This document shows, piece by piece, positions 53,277 to 62,821 of a stretch of DNA of 64,000 nucleotides; the stretch's first letter is position 1, and each line of letters starts with the position of its first letter. Made by a program: the position numbers and the translations under genes. A model generated the notes under the pieces. It searched no databases. It had not been told where the DNA came from and worked only from the letters and a program-made list of their open reading frames with translations. The stretch is from Escherichia coli phage phiS, in the sequence record PP449093.1; one strand, 5' to 3'.

Positions 53277-56200
53277 TTAGTCTTCCCAGATAAAATCTAC
53301 GGTACGAGTCAGATTATTGGCAATAATTTTAACATTACCAACCTTGATCCAGTCACGAACCGTCATAGAGTTCATTAAACCACCTTCGGCAACCACTGCC
53401 CCGATTTCCTGAGCGGTAGGCTTGTTCTGTTTGGTGTAAATTTCGCCCCATGCGGTCCATTGACCATCTGTACCGGAACGGATATAATGCTTATGAGTAC
53501 CATCAGGCGACCAGATTTGGGTAAGGCCGTTTTCATCAGTACCCCATTGCATCAATGTACCATTTTTCTTTTCTGGGTAGGTTTCTTTGATGTTCTGGGT
53601 AGTAACTCGCATATTCCAGAAACCGATGTTACCGATTGCAGGAGCGGTTGCCGCGCTAGCTTCATGCTTAACAGAAACAATAGGCGCATTATCCATAGTC
53701 AGCTTACCGACCATTGTATCGCCAGCATTCTTAACAAACTGACGGTTAAGAACTTCGTCGGCGTTTCCTGCGTGTACGATCTGATATTTCTGTCCGGCGA
53801 TCTCTGTAGTTAACGTTTGATAACCTGCCTTGATGTTAACACTTCCACCGTGACCGATATTCAACATACCGTCTGGAGAGCGAGTCATTGCCGGATTGGA
53901 GTGGTCTACAATATATAAACCGCCTTGCTTCGCATACAGGTTACGACCTGCTATGAAGTCTCTATATGCTAACGCATCGCCGTCACGTTCCATAGCAAAG
54001 GCATAATGTTCAACAGATCCAGAATCGTCAATCTTACAGAAAGCGATAGCATCACTATTAACTGCTTGCGCCGTTCCAGTGCCACCAACGATAATAGACC
54101 ATGAGTTTTCCATACCTTCTGACAAGGTTGTGCCATGCAGAGTAATTCCGGTGTGACCGTCAACTCCACGCTCACCCAATACCAGATGACCATTACTCGG
54201 ATCGTCAGTCGAGTTCTTAGTCACAAACAGAGTTTCAAAGGAACCGGATTTTAAGCACTCTAAATCGCCCTTCACGTTAACGTTTTTATTAAACGTGTAA
54301 TTGCTCTCAATGGTCTGGTCAATGTCTCTACGCGCCCATTTAGCGGCCTCTACGTTACCCAATTTCAAACTATTCTGAGCGGTTGCCATTTTAGGTAAGA
54401 AATTAGCAAGTGCGTAGTTTAATCCTTTCGGAGTTACCGCAATCCCATCATGCTGATATTCATCAAGCTCTTGAGTAGAACCTTGCAGATTATCACCAAC
54501 AAAACAGTTTTCCTGAGTAGCAACTTTCAAGAATCCACGACGCGCTTCGGTTGCTTTCCATGTATCCTCTGTATGGACAACATATTTGAAATTCTTCGGA
54601 GAAATTGCTACATTGTCCAGTGCACCAGCGACGGTTTCGGCTTGAGTACCAACTCTGATAATACCTTCTTTACCTTCGGTGGCCTTTTTGCCTTGCAGCT
54701 TTTTAGGAGTAATGATCGTGGCGTCATCTTCTCCCACATCGGTAAGCTGACTAGTAGCAACTTTCGCGACACCTTTTGTATCTTCGGTTGCATCAAGACC
54801 GCTGATCGTGATACCTTGCCATAAATCACCCGTAAGGTTAAGCCCCTGATTCGGATCTACTCTCAAACGCTGTGCTTTCTCAAAGAAGGTTTTAATCTTC
54901 AATGGAGTAGAAATGCGAGCATCGTCACGACCTGCGTCAAATTCCGGCTGAGTTGCAATTTCTGCTAAACCATGTAAAGTTTCAGTTGCGCGGCGAGTAT
55001 GCAGCTTTTTAGGCGTGATGATATGGTTATCACTCTGGCCTAAGTTAGTTTCTTCCTGCGTAGCAATTTCAGCGATACCAGTACGCGATTCGGTAGCAGT
55101 ACGCTTGGTTAACGTGCGAGTAGTGATCAGCATTGCATCTTGCGGGGTTGCTTCTGTAGCCCCTTGCACTTCCGCGTCAGTTGCCAGATAACCAACACCA
55201 CGGGAAGTTTCGGTCGCCTTAACTTCGTTGATGTTTTGTGGTGTAACGATTTTAGCATGGTCATTGATGTTATAGACCCCTGTACCAGCTTCGCCACGTC
55301 GAGCGGCAGCACTACCACCCATCTGAACAATTTCAGCGATACCAGCAAGGTCTTCCGACGCGCGACGTTCCTCTAATTTCTTAGGGGTGATTGCGCGTGT
55401 ATCGTCTAAACCTACGTTGGTTTCTTCCTGAGTTGCAATCTCCAACACGCCTCGATGTTCTTCGGAAGCAACACACGCATTTAGTTTTTTAGGAGTTACG
55501 ATCACATCATCAAGAAAATTTGCCCCTGTATGTTGGTGCGTTTCTTCTTGAGTAGCGATTCTAGCAATACCTCGACGCGTTTCGTTTGCAGTCTTATTGG
55601 CAAGCATTTTTGGCGTTACTGCAACTTCGTCGCTAGGATTATCTTCATGGTTTTTGTTGGTTTCGTCCTGTGTTGCAAGCGCAATAACACCAACACGCTC
55701 TTTACGAGTCGGATCTACTCGTTCTACGATCGGGTGAGCATGTGCTACCAACCAGTGTTTCTTACCATCATCACCTTCTGAATAAGAGAACTCCAGATAA
55801 GGTACATAATCATTTGCAGCGTTGAAAGACAATTCAGACACTTCCTTCCATGTATCGGTCCCATTGAACGGGTACTCGCTACGCTTAGGAAACTGAACCA
55901 TGTTTTTCTGCATAAGGATTTTTGTATCCTCTTCTGCGGTAACGATTCGGCAATTCTGGTTTCCGTGCATATACTGCATAGAAATTTGGATACGATCACC
56001 ATGCTCGACGCTGGTCGGTAAAGTCAAGGTAACATCACGATCACCAAATACTGCAACATAGCTATTGGGGGACAAGCGAGTATCACTAATGATAGGATTC
56101 AAGCGAACAGACTGATCACCATCCCACAAACGCCATAAGTTTTCCGGTTTGTCAAATATGAATACACCATGACCGCTACGCTTACCAACAATTTCTTTTA

Positions 56201-57017
56201 CCCCGAAAGTACCGATCGATTGTTCTTGCGCACCTTCATGCACTTTTACCGTAACATGGTTGGTTGCAGTCAATCCGTCAAGATCGGTAGTCTGGATCAT
56301 ATCACCGTTATTAGCAAACTTAGGAAGCATCAAAACAATGTTACCCAAAGAACTACGGCGGAATACCTGATCACCGTTTTGCATCTGGATCGGGTCGATA
56401 GATGGTTGTGCATATACCCCGCGTGGCTCCGTTCCCGTCTGGTAAACGTGCCAGCGATTGCGAACAAAAATGAAGTAGTTCATTGCATAAGGGGTAGTAC
56501 AGTACCATTTGCGGTTGTTTACCACACCATTATGATAGAACTCATGACCAACCGAAAGGAACGATAACTCATTAACACCGCACTTGCCACCGATATCTTT
56601 TACTGTTATAGTGTCGCCCTCTACCGGATTTGTAGGCATTGAGAATGTCAAGTTTGCAAACTGACAGTCCGCTGCGATATAATCACCGGACTTTAAAGGA
56701 GTATCGCCGGAAGTTGCTGCAACATAATCCCAACGTGGGTCCGTGCGCAGTGCTTGCCATTTAGTCGGGTCAAAATCACCTGCTGGTTTTGTGATATCTT
56801 CTTTTGCATAATACGGACGGTTTTGATAGATTGTAGTGCCGTATTGATCATAACCGCGAGTTGCGTCATACTGAGTAATACCATTATGGTAATTGAAAAA
56901 TTCAACGTTGACCGCATCGGTGTTGACATTCTTATCAGCCAATGCTACATTGACGACCTTTTCATTACCAGCGTCAAAGCCAAATGTGGCCTTGAAATGT
57001 TGAGAAAAATCTGCCAT
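53277..57017 (-). CDS. 34: Long tail fibre proximal subunit gp34
   Basis: 1246 aa; N-terminus resembles T4 gp34; repeated ...GIAEIATQEETN... motifs. Confidence 0.9.
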   Translation of the reverse strand: MADFSQHFKATFGFDAGNEKVVNVALADKNVNTDAVNVEFFNYHNGITQYDATRGYDQYGTTIYQNRPYYAKEDITKPAGDFDPTKWQALRTDPRWDYVAATSGDTPLKSGDYIAADCQFANLTFSMPTNPVEGDTITVKDIGGKCGVNELSFLSVGHEFYHNGVVNNRKWYCTTPYAMNYFIFVRNRWHVYQTGTEPRGVYAQPSIDPIQMQNGDQVFRRSSLGNIVLMLPKFANNGDMIQTTDLDGLTATNHVTVKVHEGAQEQSIGTFGVKEIVGKRSGHGVFIFDKPENLWRLWDGDQSVRLNPIISDTRLSPNSYVAVFGDRDVTLTLPTSVEHGDRIQISMQYMHGNQNCRIVTAEEDTKILMQKNMVQFPKRSEYPFNGTDTWKEVSELSFNAANDYVPYLEFSYSEGDDGKKHWLVAHAHPIVERVDPTRKERVGVIALATQDETNKNHEDNPSDEVAVTPKMLANKTANETRRGIARIATQEETHQHTGANFLDDVIVTPKKLNACVASEEHRGVLEIATQEETNVGLDDTRAITPKKLEERRASEDLAGIAEIVQMGGSAAARRGEAGTGVYNINDHAKIVTPQNINEVKATETSRGVGYLATDAEVQGATEATPQDAMLITTRTLTKRTATESRTGIAEIATQEETNLGQSDNHIITPKKLHTRRATETLHGLAEIATQPEFDAGRDDARISTPLKIKTFFEKAQRLRVDPNQGLNLTGDLWQGITISGLDATEDTKGVAKVATSQLTDVGEDDATIITPKKLQGKKATEGKEGIIRVGTQAETVAGALDNVAISPKNFKYVVHTEDTWKATEARRGFLKVATQENCFVGDNLQGSTQELDEYQHDGIAVTPKGLNYALANFLPKMATAQNSLKLGNVEAAKWARRDIDQTIESNYTFNKNVNVKGDLECLKSGSFETLFVTKNSTDDPSNGHLVLGERGVDGHTGITLHGTTLSEGMENSWSIIVGGTGTAQAVNSDAIAFCKIDDSGSVEHYAFAMERDGDALAYRDFIAGRNLYAKQGGLYIVDHSNPAMTRSPDGMLNIGHGGSVNIKAGYQTLTTEIAGQKYQIVHAGNADEVLNRQFVKNAGDTMVGKLTMDNAPIVSVKHEASAATAPAIGNIGFWNMRVTTQNIKETYPEKKNGTLMQWGTDENGLTQIWSPDGTHKHYIRSGTDGQWTAWGEIYTKQNKPTAQEIGAVVAEGGLMNSMTVRDWIKVGNVKIIANNLTRTVDFIWED

Positions 57018-57045
57018 TATTGGGTCTCCTTTTATAGTATGTTCA

Positions 57046-57053
57046 TATTTATA
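57046..57053 (-). promoter_or_regulatory. T4-type late promoter TATAAATA upstream of gene 34
   Basis: Minus-strand TATAAATA about 30 nt upstream of the gene 34 ATG. Confidence 0.5.
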
Positions 57054-57091
57054 AAATAAGGCTTGATAGAAACAAAAGAGGATGATATATT

Positions 57092-57277
57092 ATGGTTAAA
57101 TTTGATTTGTCAGATGGTGCAAAATGGGTAGTTGACAGAATCCCTGATAAGGATTACAATTATTTCCGTGCCGAATTAAACAATGCAATTCTGCGAGTTA
57201 TGGAGAAATACGGGTATGATCGTGAAGTATCTAACTCGTTTGGCGAATATGTTGTTGTGAGAGTGGAGAGAACTTAA
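57092..57277 (+). CDS. Hypothetical protein (61 aa)
   Basis: RBS AAGAGGA; divergent from gene 34. Confidence 0.4.
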   Translation: MVKFDLSDGAKWVVDRIPDKDYNYFRAELNNAILRVMEKYGYDREVSNSFGEYVVVRVERT

Positions 57278-57279
57278 TT

Positions 57280-58227
57280 ATGACGTATAACCCGTTTACA
57301 AAAACTACCGCTACACTTAATGATTTCTTCGATGATCCAGAAGATAAACTACCGGAAGGTGTGCATTTGATTGATATGTCACAGCTTATGATTGCTACTA
57401 TCTCTCATACATTTAAACCGGAAGATCCTATTAATGAAGGCATGATCCGTCATCTTATTCTTGACACCATGCGTTATAATATGACAAAATTCAAAGAGCA
57501 ATACCCAATAACGGTACTTGCATTCGATTCAAGCAAAGGTTACTGGCGACGTGATATCGCCCCTTACTATAAACGCAACCGTAAGGAAAAACGAGACGCA
57601 GATCCGCGTGATTGGGAGATGATCTTTGCTGCGATCAATAAGATCACCGAAGAGTTTAAAGAGAACATGCCTTATCACGTTATTAAGGTTGACAAAGTTG
57701 AGGCAGATGATATAATCGCTGTGTTAACTAAAAAGTTTTCTGTAGAAGGTCGTCAGGTGCTAATCAACTCCGGCGATGGTGACTACACACAGTTACACAA
57801 ATACAAAAATGTGAAACAGTGGGCGCCAGTACAGAAAGCATGGAAGAAATGCAAATATGGTAGCCCTTACAAAGACCTTATGGTAAAATGTGTTAAGGGT
57901 GACGCAAAAGACGGTGTGGCTTCTGTCAAGTGTCGTAGTGATTTCATTATCTCTCGACTGGAAGGGGAACGAGCTAAACCAATTGCAACCAAATGGTTAG
58001 AGCAAATTTTCGATGCCGAAGATCCAAAGTCTTTGATGACAGAGGAAGAAGCACGACGTTTTGACGAAAACCGCGAACTTATTGATTTCGATTACATCCC
58101 AGACAATATTCAGAATCAGATTCTGGAGTCATGGGAAAAATCTAAACCAGCACCACGCGGTAAAATTTATAACTATTTTGTAACAAATGCGTTAGTTAAA
58201 ATGTTGCAGAAAATTGGTGAGTTCTAA
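57280..58227 (+). CDS. rnh: RNase H (5'-3' exonuclease / flap endonuclease)
   Basis: GYWRRD, YYKRNR, EADDIIAVL, ERAKPIATK and FDYIPDNI match T4 RNase H as I recall it. Confidence 0.9.
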   Translation: MTYNPFTKTTATLNDFFDDPEDKLPEGVHLIDMSQLMIATISHTFKPEDPINEGMIRHLILDTMRYNMTKFKEQYPITVLAFDSSKGYWRRDIAPYYKRNRKEKRDADPRDWEMIFAAINKITEEFKENMPYHVIKVDKVEADDIIAVLTKKFSVEGRQVLINSGDGDYTQLHKYKNVKQWAPVQKAWKKCKYGSPYKDLMVKCVKGDAKDGVASVKCRSDFIISRLEGERAKPIATKWLEQIFDAEDPKSLMTEEEARRFDENRELIDFDYIPDNIQNQILESWEKSKPAPRGKIYNYFVTNALVKMLQKIGEF

Positions 58228-58237
58228 GGGTTGACAT

Positions 58238-58834
58238 ATGAAAGAACTTGAATTAAAATACTATGCACACTCACAAATTGGCGTCGAAACCATCTGTGAT
58301 TTGTGGGTAGCAATGTATGACGGGTACAATCTCGTAGACCGAGATAACATTCTAAAACACGAATTTTATTATGATACCGAAGATCATGCACTGCGTCGAA
58401 AAGGAATTTATGCTCGACTTGACGTTAATAGATCATTGATCATGGTCAAAATAGGTGATGGTGAATCTGGACCATTCAACCGAGAAGAAATTACTTTTTC
58501 AACAATGGATGATTTCTATCATTATGTTGATAGTCTGGGTGTTAACTCCGACCTTATCGTTCCTTTACTGCAAGTAAAGACATATCGCAAGTCATTGACA
58601 CTTGACCTTGAGGGTGCTATAGTGGAAATGTGCAAAGACACTTTCTATTATTGCATAGTCGGCGAAAGAATGGGAGAGGCTCACTATGAACTTGAGTTCG
58701 AGTTAAAATCAGGTGATGAAAAAGCACTTGGCATTATCCGAGAAATGATGCTAGAATATGTGGGTGACGATTTAAGTCCTAGCGAAATCTCAAAAGCTGA
58801 ACGTGGTTTTCAATTAATGACGAAAGAGGGTTAA
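58238..58834 (+). CDS. CYTH-like (triphosphate tunnel metalloenzyme / class IV adenylyl cyclase-like) protein, 198 aa
   Basis: N-terminal ExExK (MKELELKY), paired Arg (ALRRKG), C-terminal acidic strand HYELEFELK; about 200 aa. An insertion relative to the T4 rnh-dsbA junction as I recall it. Confidence 0.5.
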   Translation: MKELELKYYAHSQIGVETICDLWVAMYDGYNLVDRDNILKHEFYYDTEDHALRRKGIYARLDVNRSLIMVKIGDGESGPFNREEITFSTMDDFYHYVDSLGVNSDLIVPLLQVKTYRKSLTLDLEGAIVEMCKDTFYYCIVGERMGEAHYELEFELKSGDEKALGIIREMMLEYVGDDLSPSEISKAERGFQLMTKEG

Positions 58835-58839
58835 ATATT

Positions 58840-59115
58840 ATGACTGAACAGAAAAAAGAAAAAGTAGTATTCGATGAAAATGTACACGGAAATACCCTGG
58901 CACAACTGATTAAAGAAGCCAGCGATCAGAAAACCATTCAAGAAGCATATGGCGATAAGATCAAAGAGATCAAACAGCGTGCTAAAGAAGAATTAGGCGT
59001 AGATGGTAAAATGTGGGGCATTCTGTTTAAACTGTATCACCAGCAACAGCGCGAAACCTTCGAAGCAGAACGCGATGAAGCAGTAGAACTCTATGATCGG
59101 GTGTTCAATGCTTAA
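58840..59115 (+). CDS. dsbA: Small protein in the dsbA position (91 aa)
   Basis: Right size and position between rnh and 33; sequence assignment is tentative. Confidence 0.45.
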   Translation: MTEQKKEKVVFDENVHGNTLAQLIKEASDQKTIQEAYGDKIKEIKQRAKEELGVDGKMWGILFKLYHQQQRETFEAERDEAVELYDRVFNA

Positions 59116-59362
59116 TGAACATGCGGTAAAAGCCGCGAACAAAACAGCAAACGGTCTTGCAATCGAAAAACTGGTTGTTGAAGAGGGATTGACTTATCTT
59201 GAAGCGACCACTCAGTTTGTAGAGGAAAACTCTATAGAATATGGTCACTATCAGAAGTATATTCCGGTGTCCATTATTGACAAGATCACACAAGAATGTA
59301 TAGTAAATAGAACACTCAGGAAGGGAGTGATCGACGAACCGACCAACACTCTCGATATTTAA
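59108..59362 (+). CDS. 33: Late transcription co-activator gp33
   Basis: EKLVVEEGLTYLEATTQFVEENSIEYG...KYIPVSIIDKI...NTLDI matches T4 gp33 as I recall it. The start could instead be 59093. Confidence 0.75.
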   Translation: MLNEHAVKAANKTANGLAIEKLVVEEGLTYLEATTQFVEENSIEYGHYQKYIPVSIIDKITQECIVNRTLRKGVIDEPTNTLDI

Positions 59363-59371
59363 GGGGTATGT

Positions 59372-60052
59372 ATGATCAGAAACCGTCTTCCTCCAGATCC
59401 AGATATGCGAATTAATGCTAAATCTGTGTATATGTTATATTGCATGATGAAAGCTCATATGAACGGGCGTTATGATTGCGTAAAATATAATTGGAGGATG
59501 CGGTTATCTGATGCCGCATTCAATAAACGCAGAGATAAGTATTATTTCGCGAAATTAGCGGAAAAATACAATCTAAGAGAATTATACTTTCTATTCCTAA
59601 GCAATCTGGTAGCCAATACCGATGCATGGGTAGGTGAAATCACTGATGTTGACGCATACGGCTTTTATATGGAATACATAGGAAAGATAACCGATGCAGC
59701 AACACGATTTGACGATGACATTAAAAGTCTGGTATACTTCTCCGAGAAACGCGGGGTTACTCTTAAAGAGCTAATTACATACAATCCCGCAACCGAAACT
59801 AGCGGTATCTTTAAACTACTGCAAAATCGGATTATATCGTTTGAGTCGTTTATGTTGTTAGATAGCTTTCTAAATATAATCGACGAACACGACAAGGTAG
59901 CCAAAGACTTGATTTGGCAAACTTATAGTGTTAAAATGAAGGCGTACAAGAAACTACTTGTTATTGACGCCGCAAAAGCAAGAGCATTATTTGTTAAAGT
60001 AGTTAAAGAGTGTAAAGAAATATCTCAATTAAAAGCCGAAACAAATAGTTGA
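59372..60052 (+). CDS. 59: Helicase loader gp59
   Basis: KSVYMLYCMMKAHMNGRYDCVKYNW, FLSNLVANTDAW and ISFESFMLLDSFLNIIDEHD match T4 gp59 as I recall it. Confidence 0.9.
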   Translation: MIRNRLPPDPDMRINAKSVYMLYCMMKAHMNGRYDCVKYNWRMRLSDAAFNKRRDKYYFAKLAEKYNLRELYFLFLSNLVANTDAWVGEITDVDAYGFYMEYIGKITDAATRFDDDIKSLVYFSEKRGVTLKELITYNPATETSGIFKLLQNRIISFESFMLLDSFLNIIDEHDKVAKDLIWQTYSVKMKAYKKLLVIDAAKARALFVKVVKECKEISQLKAETNS

Positions 60053-60076
60053 CAAGTAAACTTAAATCTGTATAAT
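60049..60076 (+). promoter_or_regulatory. Promoter upstream of gene 32 (TTGACA, 16 nt, TATAAT)
   Basis: Overlaps the gene 59 stop; an AT-rich unstructured leader follows. Confidence 0.45.
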
Positions 60077-60118
60077 AGTCTAGCAAATTAATAGTTAATG
60101 TATAAAAGAGGTATAATT

Positions 60119-61066
60119 ATGAACATTTTTCGTCGTCAAGATTCTTCCAAACTGCAAGCTCAACTGGCAGCACTGAAAGGTAGCAACGGCTTCTCCAAAG
60201 AAGATCCGAAAGAGTGGAAGATTAAGACTGATGCAGCAGGTAACGGTGAAGCCCTGATTCGCTTCCTGCCGTCTAAGACAGAAGACGGTCTGCCGATTGT
60301 GAAACTGGTAAACCATTCCTTCAAAGTTAATGGCAAATGGTATTGGGAAAACTGCTCCAGCACCCACGGTGATTTTGATTCTTGCCCTGTGTGCAAATAT
60401 ATTAACGAAAAAGATCTGTACAATACCGATAAAACAGAATGGCAACTGATTAAGCGTAAAGCCTCTTACTACGCAAATATTCTGGTACTGAAAGATCCTC
60501 AAGCACCAGAAAATGAAGGTAATGTATTCAAATTCCGCTTCGGTCAGAAAATTTATGATAAGATCGTTGCAATGGTGAACGTGAATACCGACATGGGCGA
60601 AGTTCCGGTAGATGTAACTTGTGTGTTCTCCGGTGCTAACTTCCTCCTGAAAGCTAAGAAGGTTGATAAACACCAGAACTATGATGATTCTCGTTTCATG
60701 CAGCAATCACAGCTTCCGAAAATTGAAGACGAAGCATATCAGAAATATCTGATGGAAAACATGGTTGACCTGAGTGAGATTGTAGCGCCTAGCCAGTTTA
60801 AACCGTTCGATGAACTGGAAACCAAATTTAAGAAAACTATGGGCGTTTCTATGGTAGCTGGTGCTGCGGCTTCCAGTGCTGCGGCAGCGATTAACAGCCA
60901 GCTTGACGATTTTGACGCACAGATGAATGCATTCGATTCTGGTATAACCGCAGCTAGCACGGCGTTAGATTCTTCCGCTGATGACCTGATGGCATCTCTG
61001 GACCTGGGTGGCGGTACTTCCTCCGCTTCTGATCTGGATGATCTTGACGCTCTGTTAGGGATGTAA
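60119..61066 (+). CDS. 32: Single-stranded DNA-binding protein gp32
   Basis: IRFLPSK, KWYWENCSSTHGDFDSCPVCKYI, NILVLKDPQAPENEGNVFKFRFG and acidic C-terminus DLDDLDALL match T4 gp32 as I recall it. Confidence 0.95.
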   Translation: MNIFRRQDSSKLQAQLAALKGSNGFSKEDPKEWKIKTDAAGNGEALIRFLPSKTEDGLPIVKLVNHSFKVNGKWYWENCSSTHGDFDSCPVCKYINEKDLYNTDKTEWQLIKRKASYYANILVLKDPQAPENEGNVFKFRFGQKIYDKIVAMVNVNTDMGEVPVDVTCVFSGANFLLKAKKVDKHQNYDDSRFMQQSQLPKIEDEAYQKYLMENMVDLSEIVAPSQFKPFDELETKFKKTMGVSMVAGAAASSAAAAINSQLDDFDAQMNAFDSGITAASTALDSSADDLMASLDLGGGTSSASDLDDLDALLGM

Positions 61067-61076
61067 TGAATTTTAA

Positions 61077-61104
61077 AGCCTTCCTTCGGGGAGGCTTTTT
61101 TATT
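61077..61104 (+). terminator. Intrinsic terminator after gene 32
   Basis: agccttcc-TTCG-gggaggct hairpin (UUCG loop) followed by TTTTTATT. Confidence 0.65.
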
Positions 61105-61128
61105 GCCTAAAATTTTATGAAAAAGGTG

Positions 61129-61156
61129 TTGACATGCTGATGTTAGGATGTATAAT
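61129..61156 (+). promoter_or_regulatory. Early promoter (TTGACA, 16 nt, TATAAT) with CATCGAAACAAAGGAGGA leader
   Basis: Near-identical cassette to the one at 62420. Confidence 0.5.
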
Positions 61157-61186
61157 ACAAACATCGAAACAAAGGAGGATAAAAAT

Positions 61187-62431
61187 ATGAAAACTTACTT
61201 TGCAAAAGATGTTTGTTATATTATCAAAAATAAATCCGTCTCAAAAACACCAGAACATTACGAGAATCTCTCAATAAGTTATGCATTGTCTCATGGTTTC
61301 GTTTATTTGGGGTTTATTGGAGAATATTCTGGATGCCAAACCCTGTCAAATTTTGAATGTAAAAGACATGGAACGTTTGCGGTCAGAGTAAAAAATCTAA
61401 ATCATGCTAAACATGGTTGCCCAAACTGTGCCCTTGAGAATAGGGCAGAAAAAAGAAAATTGAGTATAGAAAAGATTTATAACGACATAAATCGAATCTG
61501 TGATGAGAACGGAACCATAGAATTAACAGAAATTAAAGGTGGGTATAAAACAACAAAAACACGAAATTTATTTTTTAAATGTAAATTGTGTAATGGCATG
61601 TTTAATACATCACATGATCATTTAAAACGAGGTCAAGCATGTCCAAAATGTCGGTATAAAAAAATTTCTGTGTGTAATACTAGAAACCAACTTGATATTG
61701 AACTTGACATAAAAATAGAATGTAAAAAAAGAAAAACCGTTGAATTTGTAGAATTTGAAAATGGATATTGCAGATACAAGTCAAAAAATTTAATAATGAG
61801 ATGTTTGCGTGGACACGGAAATTACACAACAACAGCAAACGACTTTTTTAAGGGATGTGGTTGTCCTACATGCGGAGGAACGAAAAGACTAACAGAAAAA
61901 CAAGCATCTGAACAAATGATAAAAGAGTGTGAAATTAGAGGTTATGATTTTTTGGGATTTTTTAATGGGTATAAAAAGTCGGCAGAACCTAATGCAAAAT
62001 TAAAATGTAAACGCAGCGGGGTAAGTTTTTATACATCACACAACAATTTTATGAAAGGACAAAACTGTAAGTGTTGCTCTGAATTTGGATATAGAACAAC
62101 GAAATCTGGTGTTTTCTATGTACAGAAACTGTTAGAAAATAATATTTTTTGTGGTGTTAAATTTGGTGTAACCAATAGAACAACAAAAGAACGAATTGGA
62201 GGTCAATCTCGCCTTTCCAAATTCGACCACGAGATCTTTTATGAACTTACTTTACAAGACGGTCAAAAGATCTTAGACTTAGAGAACAAGATCAAGGAAG
62301 CGATGAAAGGTAAAACTTCCTATATCTCAAAAGAAGATATGCCGGATGGCTACACAGAGACAGTAGCACCGTCCGAATTGAGCACTATCATGTATATCGT
62401 AAAATCTTTTGAAAAAGAGTTGACAAAGTAA
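61187..62431 (+). CDS. Zinc-finger-repeat protein with C-terminal GIY-YIG / T5orf172-like motif; putative free-standing homing endonuclease
   Basis: Repeated CxxC modules (GCPNCA, CKLCNG, ACPKC, GCPTCGG) and C-terminal GVFYVQKLLENNIFCGVKFGVTNRTTKER. Inserted between 32 and frd. Confidence 0.55.
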   Translation: MKTYFAKDVCYIIKNKSVSKTPEHYENLSISYALSHGFVYLGFIGEYSGCQTLSNFECKRHGTFAVRVKNLNHAKHGCPNCALENRAEKRKLSIEKIYNDINRICDENGTIELTEIKGGYKTTKTRNLFFKCKLCNGMFNTSHDHLKRGQACPKCRYKKISVCNTRNQLDIELDIKIECKKRKTVEFVEFENGYCRYKSKNLIMRCLRGHGNYTTTANDFFKGCGCPTCGGTKRLTEKQASEQMIKECEIRGYDFLGFFNGYKKSAEPNAKLKCKRSGVSFYTSHNNFMKGQNCKCCSEFGYRTTKSGVFYVQKLLENNIFCGVKFGVTNRTTKERIGGQSRLSKFDHEIFYELTLQDGQKILDLENKIKEAMKGKTSYISKEDMPDGYTETVAPSELSTIMYIVKSFEKELTK

Positions 62432-62447
62432 CATAGTATTGTATAAT
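62420..62447 (+). promoter_or_regulatory. Early promoter (TTGACA, 16 nt, TATAAT) with CATCGAAACAAAGTGAGGA leader
   Basis: Lies within the 3' end of the preceding gene; paralogous to 61129. Confidence 0.5.
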
Positions 62448-62478
62448 ACGAACATCGAAACAAAGTGAGGATTACATT

Positions 62479-62808
62479 ATGTGGACTGTAGAACAAGAAG
62501 TTAACGGATCAATCGAAATTCTGTCTTGTGGTACTATTGAGGAATGTCTTAATACAGCCAACCGCAATTGTATTACAATTTATGAGTCTCGTCGCGGTGA
62601 TGGTAGTTTAATTCAAAGTGATTATCGTTACACTGCCGATAAAATTATCTTTCGTTTCTGGGAAAATGGTGTTAACGTTGGTGTCAGCCTACTGAAAAAG
62701 TATCGTGACTATTCAGAACGCTATTATGTTTGCCCTGATGATGGCACAGTGTTTAAAACAGAGATTAACGAAGAAAACGTTAACGAAAACTACCTTAAAA
62801 TGGTCTGA
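62479..62808 (+). CDS. Hypothetical protein (109 aa)
   Basis: ORF from the track. Confidence 0.5.
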   Translation: MWTVEQEVNGSIEILSCGTIEECLNTANRNCITIYESRRGDGSLIQSDYRYTADKIIFRFWENGVNVGVSLLKKYRDYSERYYVCPDDGTVFKTEINEENVNENYLKMV

Positions 62809-62821
62809 TAGGAGATATATT

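Noticed and set aside
60095-60706. Minus-strand ORF (203 aa) inside gene 32
   Set aside because: Antisense to the strongly supported ssDNA-binding protein gene.
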